64,000 bases of DNA, taken from the NCBI RefSeq assembly GCF_021869535.1, contig NW_026262679.1, positions 37,138,001 to 37,202,000 of the forward strand, given 5' to 3'. The translations under genes and the position numbers were made by a program. Each line of letters begins with the position of its first letter. Position 1 is the stretch's first letter. Positions 1 through 12,410 of this stretch are shown here, piece by piece. The notes beneath the pieces are model-generated. The model was not told the DNA's origin. It was given only the letters and a program-made list of their open reading frames with translations, and did not search any database. This stretch comes from Mytilus californianus. Lineage: Eukaryota.

Positions 1-1314
1 GGCCTTCAACGATGAGGAAAACACCCCGAAAAAGGCCCCGAAATGATAAATGTAAAACAATTCAAACGAAAAACTAACGGCCTGATTTATATGCAAAACA
101 AAACAATGAACGAAAAACGAATTTGATATACAGCAATAAAAGACTATATAAGCAAAATTACAATTTTATCATAAAATATCAAAAATTCTTTAATTGATCG
201 GTATTGTAAATGAAAAGAATTTTACAAATTTTATTCAATTGCATATATGCGAATTAAGACAATTTTGTGATATCTTATTAAGATTTTTCGGTCATATTGA
301 ACGTTTCAAAATTTTTCGTAGAGATTGCATTCATACAGACAATTTAATAGGTATCAAGTTTTCAGTTTGTCACTATCAGTATATATGGATAACATCTGTT
401 TGTTTTACGTGAAAGGATAAATATATGTCGTTTACCAACTAGAGCTGACGTTCAACTTAATTATGAACTAACTACAGAAAATTGTTCTATTTGGACAATA
501 ATGTGTGTGCGCTTATTTCGTCTATTATACTACCAAAACAAGGGAACCCTACCCTTCCACCAAAAAATAATAAACAAAAAGACGTTCTTTCATCAAATCT
601 GTAAAATAATTACAAAGTGTTGAAGGATTACTATCAATTGAAAGCGATAAATTAATTTTGATTCGACGTATATAAAATAAGAAAGTTTGATTTTTGCGAT
701 GTTTTCGCAATTGTTTGTATTGTTTTCTGGAGTTACAGTAATGAGCAGAATAAGTAAACTTTTGACTTACATATATGGTTTCATATAGTCCTATTGCAAA
801 CCGTCAACTTATTGTGATGTCAGAGCACTTTGATAATTCCCAATATTTAAATGTATATCAAACAGTATGACTGTGATATGCATCTTTTACATACGTAATG
901 ACATTTAAATCACATGAATAGAGTAAGTTAAATGTAAAGCCGAATTCTTCTTATTGGACAATTTCGATTAAATACAAGAAATGTATCATAGCTAATAATT
1001 GAAAAAAGGAAAAGTTGAGGATTCAAAAATTTTAATTTAGCTAAGCAGTTACATCTGTTTTATAGTTAAAGAAGCACACGGGAGTAAAGATTTATTACTA
1101 CAGTAATTTCTTCCATGTAGCATCAAAATCCTTGATCAGGGAGGTGTCGGTTTTTGTTCCGGATGTATAAAGACCGTACCCCCTCCAAAAGTGTCACAGT
1201 AAGTATTATGAGCGACCTGCAGATTACCTGATGTAAGGCCAAATTCCTTACCATACCTTGGTGAAAAGTTGCTGTTCAATTTGTGTGTCCTTACTCTCTT
1301 TCCATTAATAGGCC

Positions 1315-1606
1315 AAAACCTACCATTCTTTATGTTCCTGTCCCAAGTCAGGAGGGTGTAACTCAATGGTTGTCGTTTGTTGCTTTATATCATATTAGTT
1401 TTTCGTTTATTGTTTTGGTACATAAATCATGCCGTTAGTTTTCTCGTTTGAATTGTTTTATATTTGTCATTTCGGGGATTTGCTCATTGTGGAAGGCCAT
1501 ATAATGACCTTTAATAGTTACTAACGTCTATTTATATGCCATTTTGTTTCTGGTGAAGATTAATTTTGTCTCATTCGCAATCATACCACATCTTCTTATT
1601 TTTATA
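1315..1606 (+). mobile_element. PLE-derived 3'-region repeat, family A (5'-truncated)
   Basis: Reverse complement of the repeat at 11568-12410 and 38737-39715; ends in the shared terminus TCATACCACATCTTCTTATTTTT; keeps only the CCTG-TCCCAAGT-CAGG hairpin of the twister. Confidence 0.8.
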
Positions 1607-4331
1607 CTAAAATTAATATATTGATTGTTATTTATTGAAATATTGTCAACTGGACGTTCAGAAAATAACAACGAATTACATTTACATCAAGAAATAAAAT
1701 ATATAAAGATATATGTTCTATATCATTTTTCTGAATTAATTTACTCACGAATTGTTTGCCACTGGGAAATATAGAACTGTTATGATGTGTTGATGCCGAT
1801 ATTATGCTTTTATATGAGGACCTGTAAACCTGTCCTAATCACTATTAGATTAAAACGTAAAAACTGCCTAAGATATTAAATCGATGCATTTTAAATTGTT
1901 GCATGCATGACGTTCTTTTGCATCAAAAATAATAAACAACTTTTTAAAATATCATAGAAAAACACTTAAATATATCTATACAACGAAGTTACAGCATCAT
2001 TTCAAATATAAAGGCACGTATATATTGGTGATATTTGAGTATAGGGGATAATCAATGGATAACATATGCTACATGTAGCTCACCCTTATTCAACCCCAAT
2101 ATTGATAGTGTTGACGGCGAGAATGTCATTCGGTACAGATCGTCACGTTTACCCAAATAAACTTCCTCGTACTTTGAGCGTTCCAGAACGTCTTACCACA
2201 TACATGTATCATCTCAAGACAAAATTACGTGTAGCTTATTTGTTTTATCCCGAGAATTTCTTACATAATATAACACTAACTAAACTAACAGTTAGTGTGT
2301 TACTGTCGGTATAGCAGTGATATTTTTATCAAATCTGTGCCCAAATACATATCAATGCATAACTATTGAGGAAATTTTAAGGAAAGTTGCCTACGATTAA
2401 GACTTCATATATATAAGCATATGCATACAGTTTTTACAGATTACTATTACATATTAATAATAAGTTTCATTGATTGGGTGATTGTTGTTTGCTTAACGTT
2501 CAGTGGCAAATATTTTATTTACCTAGTAACTGATCACGGACCTCTCATGGAATCGTACCTTGGTAACACGGACTTCCGAAGAGATATCATTGTATTTTGT
2601 CAAGATGGGACATCCGTTTGAATATATGGGATGTATTAATACGCAACCACGTCCAGCCATTATCGCATCCGATTCTTTGTTTTTTTTTTTACCCGTTCTT
2701 TTTCGCAAAATCTATCAAGATTTTAAAAATAATTGCCAAATTGGAGTAGTCGTTTTGCTGAACACGATGTTTAAATACGCAGCCTAACGACGGAATGTGA
2801 TAGTTAAATAAGATGCCTCAAGTTAGCAAATTTCCATGGTCTTTAAACGTAAAATAACCCTTGTAATTTTTTTTATGAGGGGGGGGGGGGGGGGGGGGGG
2901 GGGCGGGGGGGTGGTAATAGGTTACCTATTGCAAAATTTCTACCACTACTTAACAAAACCTTTTTTCCAGTGGTAGTCCAAATTCCCAAATCTTCATCCA
3001 AGTCGACGATGTTTCCTACCAAATTGATTTTCGTTGATTCATTCTCAACCTGTATATGCTTGCAATCTTTGGAAAACAGAAATCAATCTTATACTGTATA
3101 TGTACTGTATAAATGAGCTACTTTAATACATTATATATATACAATGTTCATGTATGATCCGCAGGTTCGATTTTAATCACCCAAAATAAAATAAAAAAAA
3201 AAAACATTTATGTTGCCTGCATTTGGAAGGAAACAGAATCTATAAAGAACTTAATTTTTAAATCCAATAATCTTTTTAATATTCCGACATATGTCTGCCC
3301 AATGTAAACTTGGATTTTTCGTATATCGTATCTTACATTTTACGACGCTATTATTTGCCCCGCTAATTCTTCAATTGATGCAATTTGCTATAGTTCTTTC
3401 ATTTGTTTGTTTGGTGGTGCGAAAGTTATAGCGACAATGTTTTTTCGTAACGGATAGAAATGGCATGTTCTAAAGCTCTATACAAAGGCTATTTATATTT
3501 GCATGTGTTAACAGAAGACCATTAGTTACTTATTTTCACAATTATAAATCCCTAACCATTAGGTATGCTCACATTCTGTTACTACGATTATGTTACATTT
3601 TGCACTTTTAATCAGCATAAGCAATATATATGTACTGTAGATATGAATCGTGATTTTGTTTAGTTGTAATTAAGCCATTCCTCTCAAAATAAGACCACCG
3701 TGTTCAGTTAATATTATACCATTAAACGGATATATCATATATATCAAAGAAGATTTTTTTCAAAATCAAGACATTACTCATAAAAAAAAGAAAATGACCT
3801 TATATGTATGCAAACTTATATATAATTATAATATACATTTGATATCATTTTAGATAACGTCTCTTATTTTCAAGGCTCAAAAGGCACGAATATCTATATA
3901 CATTTAAAGTGATTGATGTGACGAGAAGATAAAATAATAGATTATACACAGAAAACTTCAGAGAAGCTGTTTATTTTTAAAATTTGTGTCAACATGAGTT
4001 ATATTATATAAAGAATTCGCCACTTTTTCCTTTTAGATACTCTCTCGGGGTTGAATCATTATTTGTTAATACCTATGATCAGAAAGTACGGACTCGTACA
4101 GTAGTGTCAAGTTAATAAATATCTGACAGTCTATCCTAAATAAAAACACAAATTCACAGATACTACAGAACCAGCAATAGAAGAAAACATAAGTTAGTAT
4201 CGTATTTTGATAAAACCGAATGTTTGGCATGGTAAGTGTTAGCTTCTCTGCACGTTTAAGGACAATACAAACATCTGTGACGGGTCCTAGGTTTGGTTTT
4301 GCATGGCTAAATTTCTTCCCGTGTCAACATA

Positions 4332-4601
4332 TCATTTTTCCAGTGACAGTCTCGTCCTTCTTCCCATTCGACCCACATTACAGAGCTTACTATTAGATTT
4401 ATCTCTAAATTGCCCTTGACTTGAAAATGCATAGAATATTTGCAACTTATTCTTTTTTAACCTTACTGCTCCAGCTAATACATACAAAAACATGTTTGCG
4501 TCTTTTCCTATGATTAAATCATATTTGGCAATGAGGTTTTGATCAGTAAACAACTTTTTTTTCAAACTGATAGAAAAATGTTTGCTCTTTATAAATGTCA
4601 A
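4332..4601 (-). pseudogene. Putative terminal coding segment (LKKKLFTDQNLIAKYDLIIGKDANMFLYVLAGAVRLKK...LSLEK*)
   Basis: 89-codon open frame in non-repeat sequence; an upstream frame-shifted piece (LICSKDIIVKALLTEILFARLSTIYIDD) extends to about 4745; candidate acceptor CTATCAG. Confidence 0.4.
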
Positions 4602-5460
4602 ATAGTAAAAAAGAAATGATGTTTTAACTTGTTAATGTTATCAGTATCATCAATATATATTGTACTTAATCTAGCAAACAAAATTTCCGTTAATAAAGCC
4701 TTAACGATGATATCTTTGGAACATATTAAAAGCTTAAATTAAAATTATACCAAGTAATATTAAAATAACGGTTTTCAAACTATCACAAATTTGCAATAAA
4801 AAGATCACAGAAAAATGCATAATGTAAAGGACATCGAACTATTGATAATATCTTAAGGGTATTTTCAATTTTTGTTTGTTATATTATCTCACATGATGAA
4901 CAAATTGAAGAAACCTAGGCACAGATGCATAAAGTAAATACACAATGTACCATACTCAGAATGAGTGAGTAAAACGAACAATAGTCGACAAATACACATA
5001 CATACAGAAATACAAAACAACCAACAAACAAACACAAACAATAGAAAAAGAAAAAAAAGAAAAAGAGTCTACATGTACGACACACTACACACACACACAC
5101 CAAATAAAGAAAATAAAAAAAAAAAAAAGAAAACGAATGTCGTCTTGCTAATCGCTTTCGGCGAAATTCATAATTTGAGTGCAAGTTAAAGATAACATAA
5201 AGATCAGATGGATTTGGAGGGAACATAAAATTATGCCTTGTTTACAATAGAATAACGACATTTGACTATCGAGAATGTATGAGTGTCGTAATTAATGGGT
5301 TTCCGTTCTCTTAAAATAAAAATAATAAAACCCCAAAGAATTTTAGATTCAAGTCATTTTACCTCACCACAACAACCCTTACATATGTAATGAAGAAGTT
5401 TAGTTTTCTTTCGGATGGTTATGATATCATATAAAATTATTCCCAATCGGACAAATATCC

Positions 5461-5763
5461 ACAAGAGACCAGATGAAATGGAAGTTAGCAACTATAGGTC
5501 ACCGTACGGCCTTCAACAATGAGCAAAACCCATACCGCATAGCAAGCTAAAAAAGGCCCCGATAAGAGACCAAATGAAATGGAAGTTAGCAACTATAGGT
5601 CACTGTACGGTTTTCAACAATGAGCAAAACCCATACCGCATAGCAGCTAAAAAAGGCCCCGACAAGAGACCAAATGAAATGGAAGTTAGCAACTATAGGT
5701 CACCGTACGGTCTTCAACAATGAGCATAACCAATACCGCATAGCAAGCTAAAAAAGGCCCCGA
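5461..5763 (-). repeat. Three tandem ~100-bp copies of a family A internal segment
   Basis: AAGAGACC starts at 5463, 5564 and 5664; near-identical units. Confidence 0.95.
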
Positions 5764-5867
5764 CATGAAAAACTGTAAAACAACTTATATGTATGCTATT
5801 GTCTATCAGTTGTAGCTAAGAGAAACAAAATGTCCAACAGTCGTTTTTAAAATGAAATAAACAAACA

Positions 5868-6162
5868 TCAAGCAAATGATGCAAAGTGGTTTGTTTTTTT
5901 AAAGATGAACGAGAAAATCTCATTTTCTTTGAAATATATACTCTTAAGAAGATTACGTAATGCAGCTGGTATCGTTGTATTCCCTTTCCTGAAATCGTTC
6001 AGACCTTTTCTTGAAATACTAAGTGCTATAGTCTGCTTCAAAGGATTTAAGAAATCTTTACTGCACATATTAATCATGAAACGGTTGTCTTTAATGGAAG
6101 AAAAATCAAAGAGGAAGAAGACATGATCTTACCCAACAGATGGATTGATGTAGATTTTAAAC
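5868..6162 (-). pseudogene. Exon remnant (FKIYINPSVG*DHVFFLFDFSSIKDNRFMINMCSKDFLNPLKQ...)
   Basis: AG acceptor at 6163-6164 in phase 2, matching the upstream exon; about 97 codons with one internal stop; 3' splice donor not determined. Confidence 0.4.
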
Positions 6163-6562
6163 CTTTTCATGTTTAAAATTGCATCTGCGTGCGCATTTCA
6201 TTTCATTTGAAAAGGTTAACATTTACACATTGTACGATCGCCACTGTTTTAAGTGGACGTAAGCCCAATATTTAATGTTTATTATGAACACAATATTTTG
6301 ACAAATCTAGTTAATATTTTATAAATACACATCTAAAATGCTACTGATAATGAATTGTCAACCATACTGTAAAGTTAACATTGCACTGCAAAGTCAATCA
6401 AAGTGACAATACCGAGTTCGCTGATGTTAACCTGAATTTTCGTAATGAACGCTATGATTTAAATAAAACTTTTGGAGAAGTATACTTAAAATCCCCCTTT
6501 GATTAAGAGAGTTCAAAGTTGGACCGGTAGTATTTTCTAGGCAATCGGCTTGATGTATGTAC

Positions 6563-6658
6563 CTTCGTAGCTCTCCTGGCTCTTTTACCCACTGCATTTT
6601 GTTTTCACCTGGCGGTACGTTCGCCGCAAATTTTAACGAAAAATCTCCTCTTCTTGCA
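6563..6658 (-). pseudogene. 96-nt phase 2-2 exon, copy 1 (ARRGDFSLKFAANVPPGENKMQWVKEPGELR)
   Basis: Acceptor TTACCCATAG, donor GAAG/GTACAT, open frame, GC-richer than its flanks. Confidence 0.6.
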
Positions 6659-7358
6659 CTATGGGTAATTGTTTTTCAATGACGATTTTGTTGTGCAAAG
6701 TTTAAAGGTTTTGGCTATTATATTGAAAACCACAGACGATAGACAGAAACTGTAAACAACAAATAATGATCAGTAATACAAGATCTACATAAATGATAGA
6801 TAATTGAAACCGTCAATAGACTCCATATATAGGAGTAATTGCCCCTTAATGACGATTTTGACATATTTTAACGTTTTGCCTAATATCTTGAAACTATTAT
6901 AGATACGACTGAAACTGTAAATACAACTTGAATTACGGAATTATAATAGTTTCTAACTGAAAACAGCAAATAAATTACCATTAAGGTGGTACATAACACT
7001 ACAGGGAGATAACTCTGCAAAAATCAGCTAAACGTTTTAATCACGTTCTATTGTTAAGAAAATATTAAGCTTCTCAATGATCACAATTAGTGTTTGTCAA
7101 ACTGCTATAATGTTTTTCAATGACGATTTTGTTGTGCTACCGATAATGAATTGTCAACCATACTGTAAAGTTAATATTGCACTGCAAAGTCAATCAAAGT
7201 GACAATACCGAGTTCGCTGAGGTTAACCTGAATTTTCGTAATGAACGCTCCGATGTAAATAAAACTTTTGGAGAAGTATACTTAAAATCCCCCTTTGATT
7301 AAGAGAGTTCAAAGTTGGACCGGTAGTATTTTCTAGGCAATCGGCTTGATGTATGTAC

Positions 7359-7454
7359 CTTCGTAGCTCTCCTGGCTCTTTGACCCACTGAATTTTGTTT
7401 TCACCTGGCGTTACGTTCGCCGCAAACTTTAACGAAAAATCTCCTCTTCTTGCA
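7359..7454 (-). pseudogene. 96-nt phase 2-2 exon, copy 2 (ARRGDFSLKFAANVTPGENKIQWVKEPGELR)
   Basis: Same splice sites as copy 1; four substitutions (two synonymous, P/T, M/I). Confidence 0.6.
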
Positions 7455-7780
7455 CTATGGGTAATTGTTTTTCAATGACGATTTTGTTGTACAAAGTTTA
7501 AAGGTTTTGGCTATTATATTGAAAACCACAGACGATAGACAGAAACTGTAAACAACAAATAATGATCAGCAATACAAGATCTACATAAATGATAGATAAT
7601 TGAAACCGTCAATAGACTCCATATATAGGAGTAATTGCCCCTTAATGACGATTTTGACATATTTTAACGTTTTGCCTAATATCTTGAAACTATTATAGAT
7701 ACGACTGAAACTGTAAATACAACTTGAATTACGGAATTATAATAGTTTCTAACTGAAAACAGCAAATAAATTACCATTAA

Positions 7781-8054
7781 GGTGGTACACAACACTACAG
7801 GGAGATAACTCTGCAAAAATCAGCTGAACGTTTTAATCACGTTCTATTGTTAAGAAAATATTAAGCTTCTCAATGATCACAATTAGTGTTTGCCAAACTG
7901 CTATATATCCAATGAAATGTTTCCAATAAAGTATGTGGTTCAAGTTTTTTGAAATTTTTATATTTTTTTCAAAGGGTCAAAGTTAATATTTTGTAAAAAT
8001 TTTATGAAAATTTAACGAGCCAAATTAATTTTAGATAAGGTGTTAGGTACCACC
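7781..8054. mobile_element. MITE with TTAA target duplication (Kolobok-like termini)
   Basis: TTAA at 7777-7780 and 8055-8058; TIR GGTGGTACACAACAC / GTGTTAGGTACCACC; truncated left end at 6989-7109; related degenerate copies at 43588 and 44316. Confidence 0.75.
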
Positions 8055-8249
8055 TTAAGACAAGTTATAAAAATAAATCACATGGACGAATCTTACAGAA
8101 GTTATTTTCCTTAAATGATGATTATTACGAACTATCAGATGTTAAGTGCTTACATAAAACACAGGACGATGAAATCTTAGCAATAAAGGTCTATTAATAT
8201 GTCAAACTCGACTATCACAGTAGAGTTTCTCTTGATAGGGAAAGAAATG

Positions 8250-8370
8250 TTGATTGCAACGGACCCCTCAAAGAGTTGTTGCAAGAGTTGTTAACGTGGA
8301 GAGAGCGTGGCACTCTCTTTACACGAGGCATCGGATTTAACGTCCCGATTCTGACTGGAAGTGGCTGCGT
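8250..8370. mobile_element. SINE-like interspersed repeat fragment
   Basis: Shares GTTGTTGCAAG...GAGCGTGGCACTCTCTTT...TTTAACGTCCC with 17850-18620, 44150-44280, 44870-44990 and (inverted) 52930-53230. Confidence 0.55.
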
Positions 8371-10145
8371 ATGTTTACAAATGACCAGGTGAGCTTATAA
8401 GAGATGTATTCAGAAAAGAAATCACTTATTGGCATTGTCTTCTCTTAAACGCACACGAAATGTCGTTAATATAAAAATAAATAATTTGTTCTCGGATAAT
8501 CGATTTACGCCAAAAAAAAGTGAAAATAATTTGAAAATGACGAGGTGAGCTATTCCGGTTCATAGGAGCCTCAAACAGTCAAAGTTTTCATAGCTTCCAA
8601 ACAAGGACTCAGAACCTATGTCCCGCATAGTCAACTGAACTACATGTACTTTCATTATAAAATGCAGAGTCATAAGTACATGTATGCTTATAAATACATT
8701 GTGAACGTTATCATATTCATCTATTATACTTCGTTAAACCTTTTGGTAAAAATACCGTCTTTTTTAACATTGCCTGTATGCAGTGAACACAAAATTAAAA
8801 AAAAAATCACAAAATTTCATTAAAAAATTATTTAATATTTTCATATATTTATGCATCAATCTACTCATAAAAGATGTATTCAGAAAATAATGCAACTATT
8901 GTTCTAGCGCAGTGTTCAGATCATGATCAAAGTTCCTTTACAAAAAAATATATATAATCAGAATATACATAATAAATCCGAACCTATGTGAAAGCTCTGA
9001 CAATTGTCAATGAAATTTGTTTTTTAATAATATTAAAGAGTCTTTTCAATGAAGGAAGAAAGGAAAAACTAAGTACAACTCGGATTGGTTATTTTTATTT
9101 CATTAATATTTACTTCAGAAATTGCTCTTCATGAACTATGGTCTACATGTATGTTGTAAGCACGGTTCATGTAAGAGATATCAATAAAGAATGAACAGTT
9201 GAGCAAATGTTCTCAACACAAACATAAACAATAGACTCAAGCTATCAGCTTCTTTCAGAACACATAACATACATGGCGACAAAATAAGGTATTAGTGTGT
9301 TAAGAAAATAAATTGTATACAATTAAAGTAATATCACACCAAAAAAATCTATTAAAAGTTAGGGAATAATCCTCTCATTGAAATACTAATATTTATTCAT
9401 GTATCATGTCAACCAAAGACTGACAAATTACTCTGAATCAAATATTATTATGCCAACGGGCTTATAATTAAATATTGTACCTATTTAACACAACATAATT
9501 TTGAATTCTTAAGACTTTTATATTAACTTTGTAGTTATTGAATGAATTTTCAGATACAAAGTTTCACTTTCAAACAAAGAAGCTGTCATTTATCAAATTT
9601 AAATGTTACAGATTACAATATATCGTCAAAGAAGTACAGGTCATGGGTCATGGAAGTCCTATACCCAGTAAAGTCAAGTGATACATGAACTTAGTCAAAC
9701 TTAATATGTATATGATTAAGTCTTTTTACTTTCGGTTGATAGTTTATTTGGAAATTAAATTTTTTATATGAGAATTTACATTTTCATAATTTTGAATGAA
9801 AACAGGTGTTATATAAATATAAAAAGGAATATTGAAGATATTTATAGGGTTTTTAAAGAGAAAAGATCCGTGAGTGCAATAAACATGAGAAAATGATTTA
9901 CTGTCCCTTTATCGTACTATAAATTTGCCTTGATATGTAAAACAGAACAAAACCATATAACAAAAAGACAGCACAAAACCAAGTGCATGTGAACAATAGG
10001 GTTAATTAAAAAATCTCAAGGTGAAAAAGAGAATTTTTCAACTTATAAGGAACTTGAAATGTATGTCAACAAACAAGAAAAGTTACAAACGAACAATGAG
10101 AACGTTAAACTTAGAAGTTTGATTTATTCATGTAACAGAACTTAC

Positions 10146-10647
10146 AGCACGGAGGAAAATACAAGTGACCCACTAACCCCATCGATGATATTTGACCAAT
10201 TAGTGCTAGCGATAACTTTTATAGTGCTGATATCAGAGTTGATTGTATAAGACCCGGACAGAACTGTAACAGTTTATGTGACAGAAAGTGCTGTCTTATG
10301 GAAGTCGCTGTAACTCGAGTTTCCCTTGAGAAATGAAGCAATTGTGATGCAATCTATATTTAAATCATCCGTAGTCAATGTCGTCTGTTGTTTTAAGTCA
10401 TCACTTTGCCAATAAATTTCTATATTCAAATTTCTGTTGGCGATTATTTCAAAGTCAAGGTATGAAGAAGACCCGGTTATTTCAGTACAGTCATTCAAAG
10501 TTAATGTATATTTCAATGGGATCAATATTATTTCAAGTGTATCTTTTTTGCTGGTTTATATTTTTTTCAAAGTGAGCTGTAAAATGTTTTTCTACATTCT
10601 GCTTAACTTGTTTAACTGCACGACCATTAGAACTCAGGCAAATTGAG
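10146..10647 (-). pseudogene. 502-nt exon remnant (...KYTLTLNDCTEITGSSSYLDFEII...DGVSGSLVFSSVL)
   Basis: GTGCT/GTAAGT donor in phase 2; length 501+1 fits a single frameshift; one internal TAA. Confidence 0.5.
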
Positions 10648-10762
10648 CTTAATGGTTATAGAAATCCAATAGGAAAATGATATATTCCAAGGTTATAAAG
10701 ATTTAAAATCTTACATAAAATACAGAAAATAGTTAGAAACATTGTGCAGCCCTTCTAGTATA

Positions 10763-11533
10763 AAAATTCGTAAGGGTTCCGTGGAACCCAGTGTCTCGCC
10801 TACTTTTGCTGTTAGTTGCAGGCTCAACAAAAATGGGGAAAAAATTATTAAAAATCTTCCTCTAGATACTATCTTTTGATTGTAAGAAGCTTCTATTTAT
10901 AAGTAATATACGGAAAAACAGGAAATAATTTTTTACAAAATTTCCTTCTATAGATACTAGCTTTTGATCATAAACAAGCTTATGTCCAAGTTTGGTACAA
11001 ATCCAGGATAGCTTTAGAAAGTGTTTAAAGTTCTAAAAACTTTAACCACAGAGTGAATGTAATGTTAGCTGGCAGAAAAACTTAGTCCATTTATAAGTAA
11101 AATACGGATAAACAGGATTATATTTTTACAAAATTAACTTCTGGATACTATCTTATGATCATAAACAAGCTTCTGTCCAAGTTTGGTAGAAATCCAGGAT
11201 AGTTTAAGAAAGTTATTAAAATTTTAAAAACTTTAACCACAGAGTGAATGTAATTTTAACTGGCAGAAAAACTAAGTCCATTTATAAGTAAAATACGGAT
11301 AAACAGGATTATTTTTTACAAAATTAACTTCTGAATACTATCTTATGATCATAAACAAGCTTCTATCCAAGTTTGGTAGAAATCCAGAACAGTTTAAGAA
11401 AGTTATTAAAATTTCAAAAACTTTAACCACAGAGTGAATATTTGTGGACGCCGCCGACGACGACGACGCCGACATCGGAATGTAGGATCGCTATGTCTCG
11501 CTTTTGCGAGAATAGTCGCAGGCTCGACAAAAA
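10763..11533. mobile_element. Helentron-associated (HINE-like) element with internal ~190-bp tandem repeats
   Basis: TGTCTCGC and GCAGGCTCRACAAAAA recur near both ends; CTTTAACCACAGAGTGAAT at 11040, 11231 and 11421; GCC/GAC microsatellite at 11450-11472. Confidence 0.65.
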
Positions 11534-11567
11534 GCAGTGAACAGTCTAACCTCGAAGTTCAGATATA

Positions 11568-12410
11568 TAAAAAAGGAGATGTGGTATGATTGCCAACGAA
11601 ACAACTATCCACCAAAGTTCAAATAAAGTGGATGTAAGCAATTATAGGCAACCGTACGGCCTTCGACAATGAGAAAAACCAAAACCGTATAGGCGGCTAT
11701 AAAAGGCCCAGACATGAAAAATATGAAGCAATTCAATTGAGAAAACTAACGGCCTAATTTATAAAAAAAAACAATTTACAAAAAACAATTATGACAGACG
11801 TCAACCAACGACAACCACTGAACTACAGGCTCCTGACTTGGGACAGGCAGATAAAGAATGTGGCGGGGTTAAACATGTTTGTGAGCGTTCAACCCTCCCC
11901 TAACCTGGGACAGTGGTGTAACAGCACAACATAAGAAACTATAAAAATCAGTTGAAAAAGGCTTAATTCATCAGATCGATACAAAGAAAAACATGAAACA
12001 AAAACACAGACAGGAAGTGGCAGGGTATATATCTACCCCTCATCCCTAACAACAAAAAAGACACTAAGTACAGATCTGAGAGTACTCACAGTTACTTACA
12101 GCTAGTTCAAAGCCAAGAACAACTAATAAAAAAAATCATGTGTCTATGACTAAAATATTAATCAGTACACACCCAACATGCAATGGATCTAGTGTAAAGA
12201 CGTCATCAGAGAAAAACATGACATGATATAGGTATCGACAGATTGTAGTACCGTGAAAGTACATATGTGTAATATTTAGTATGGTTTTAATTTACTGATA
12301 ACAAAACCAATATATGATTCCAATAAAAGCAATATTCATAGATTTAATTACAGTGTTGAATAGGTAACCTTTTAGAATAAGTTTGTTTAAAGGATTTATA
12401 AGTTTACACG
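11568..12410 (-). mobile_element. PLE 3' portion, family A (RT C-terminal remnant plus 3' region)
   Basis: Colinear with 38737-39600; 12250-12410 is homologous to the LNKLILKGYQFNTVI RT tail. Confidence 0.85.
11826..11907 (-). ncRNA. Candidate type-P5 twister ribozyme, family A (near intact)
   Basis: CAGGT-TA-GGG-GAGGG-...-T^AA-CCCC-GC-CACAT...ATCTG-CCTG-TCCCAAGT-CAGG-A-GCCTG; P5, T1, T2 and P4 pair, P3 has one mismatch; predicted cut between 11871 and 11870. Confidence 0.7.

Larger units (their letters stand above)
6339..7904. repeat. 796-bp tandem duplication with a templated junction insert
   Basis: Copy 1 is 6339-7109 and copy 2 is 7135-7904, with only scattered substitutions; junction 7111-7137 copies about 6670-6696. 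Confidence 0.95.
4332..10647 (-). pseudogene. Decayed multi-exon gene, tentatively VIT/VWA-domain (ITIH/VWA5-like)
   Basis: Phase-compatible exon chain 10647-10146 (GTAAGT donor), 7454-7359, 6658-6563, 6162 to about 5870, plus a coding-like segment about 4750-4332. In-frame TAA at 10274-10276 and 6129-6131 and a +1 frameshift near 10560. GDFSLKF...YINPSVG*DHVFFLFDFSS...GNTTIPAALRNLL loosely resembles the VIT-VWA junction and the VWA G-T-x-x-AL motif (by eye). Confidence 0.45.

Noticed and set aside
1136-1320. Minus-strand ORF with YCDTFGGGTVF (Ig J-like) and VFIHPE shared with about 38590
   Set aside because: Short motif matches only; a plus-strand exon reading (1120-1198) is equally plausible, the ORF start lies in a repeat, and the DNA match to 38.6 kb is only about 20 bp.
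2879-2913. Poly-G tract (also 49847-49867, and poly-C at 51693-51717) as functional G-quadruplexes
   Set aside because: Homopolymer runs are common in such repeats and error-prone in assemblies; there is no further evidence of function.
10274-10525. Second RT fragment suggested by SSSYLDFEI...DD
   Set aside because: Resemblance is limited to a few residues, lacks YDKRDD and GVYISQL, and the segment has splice sites in phase with neighbouring exons.
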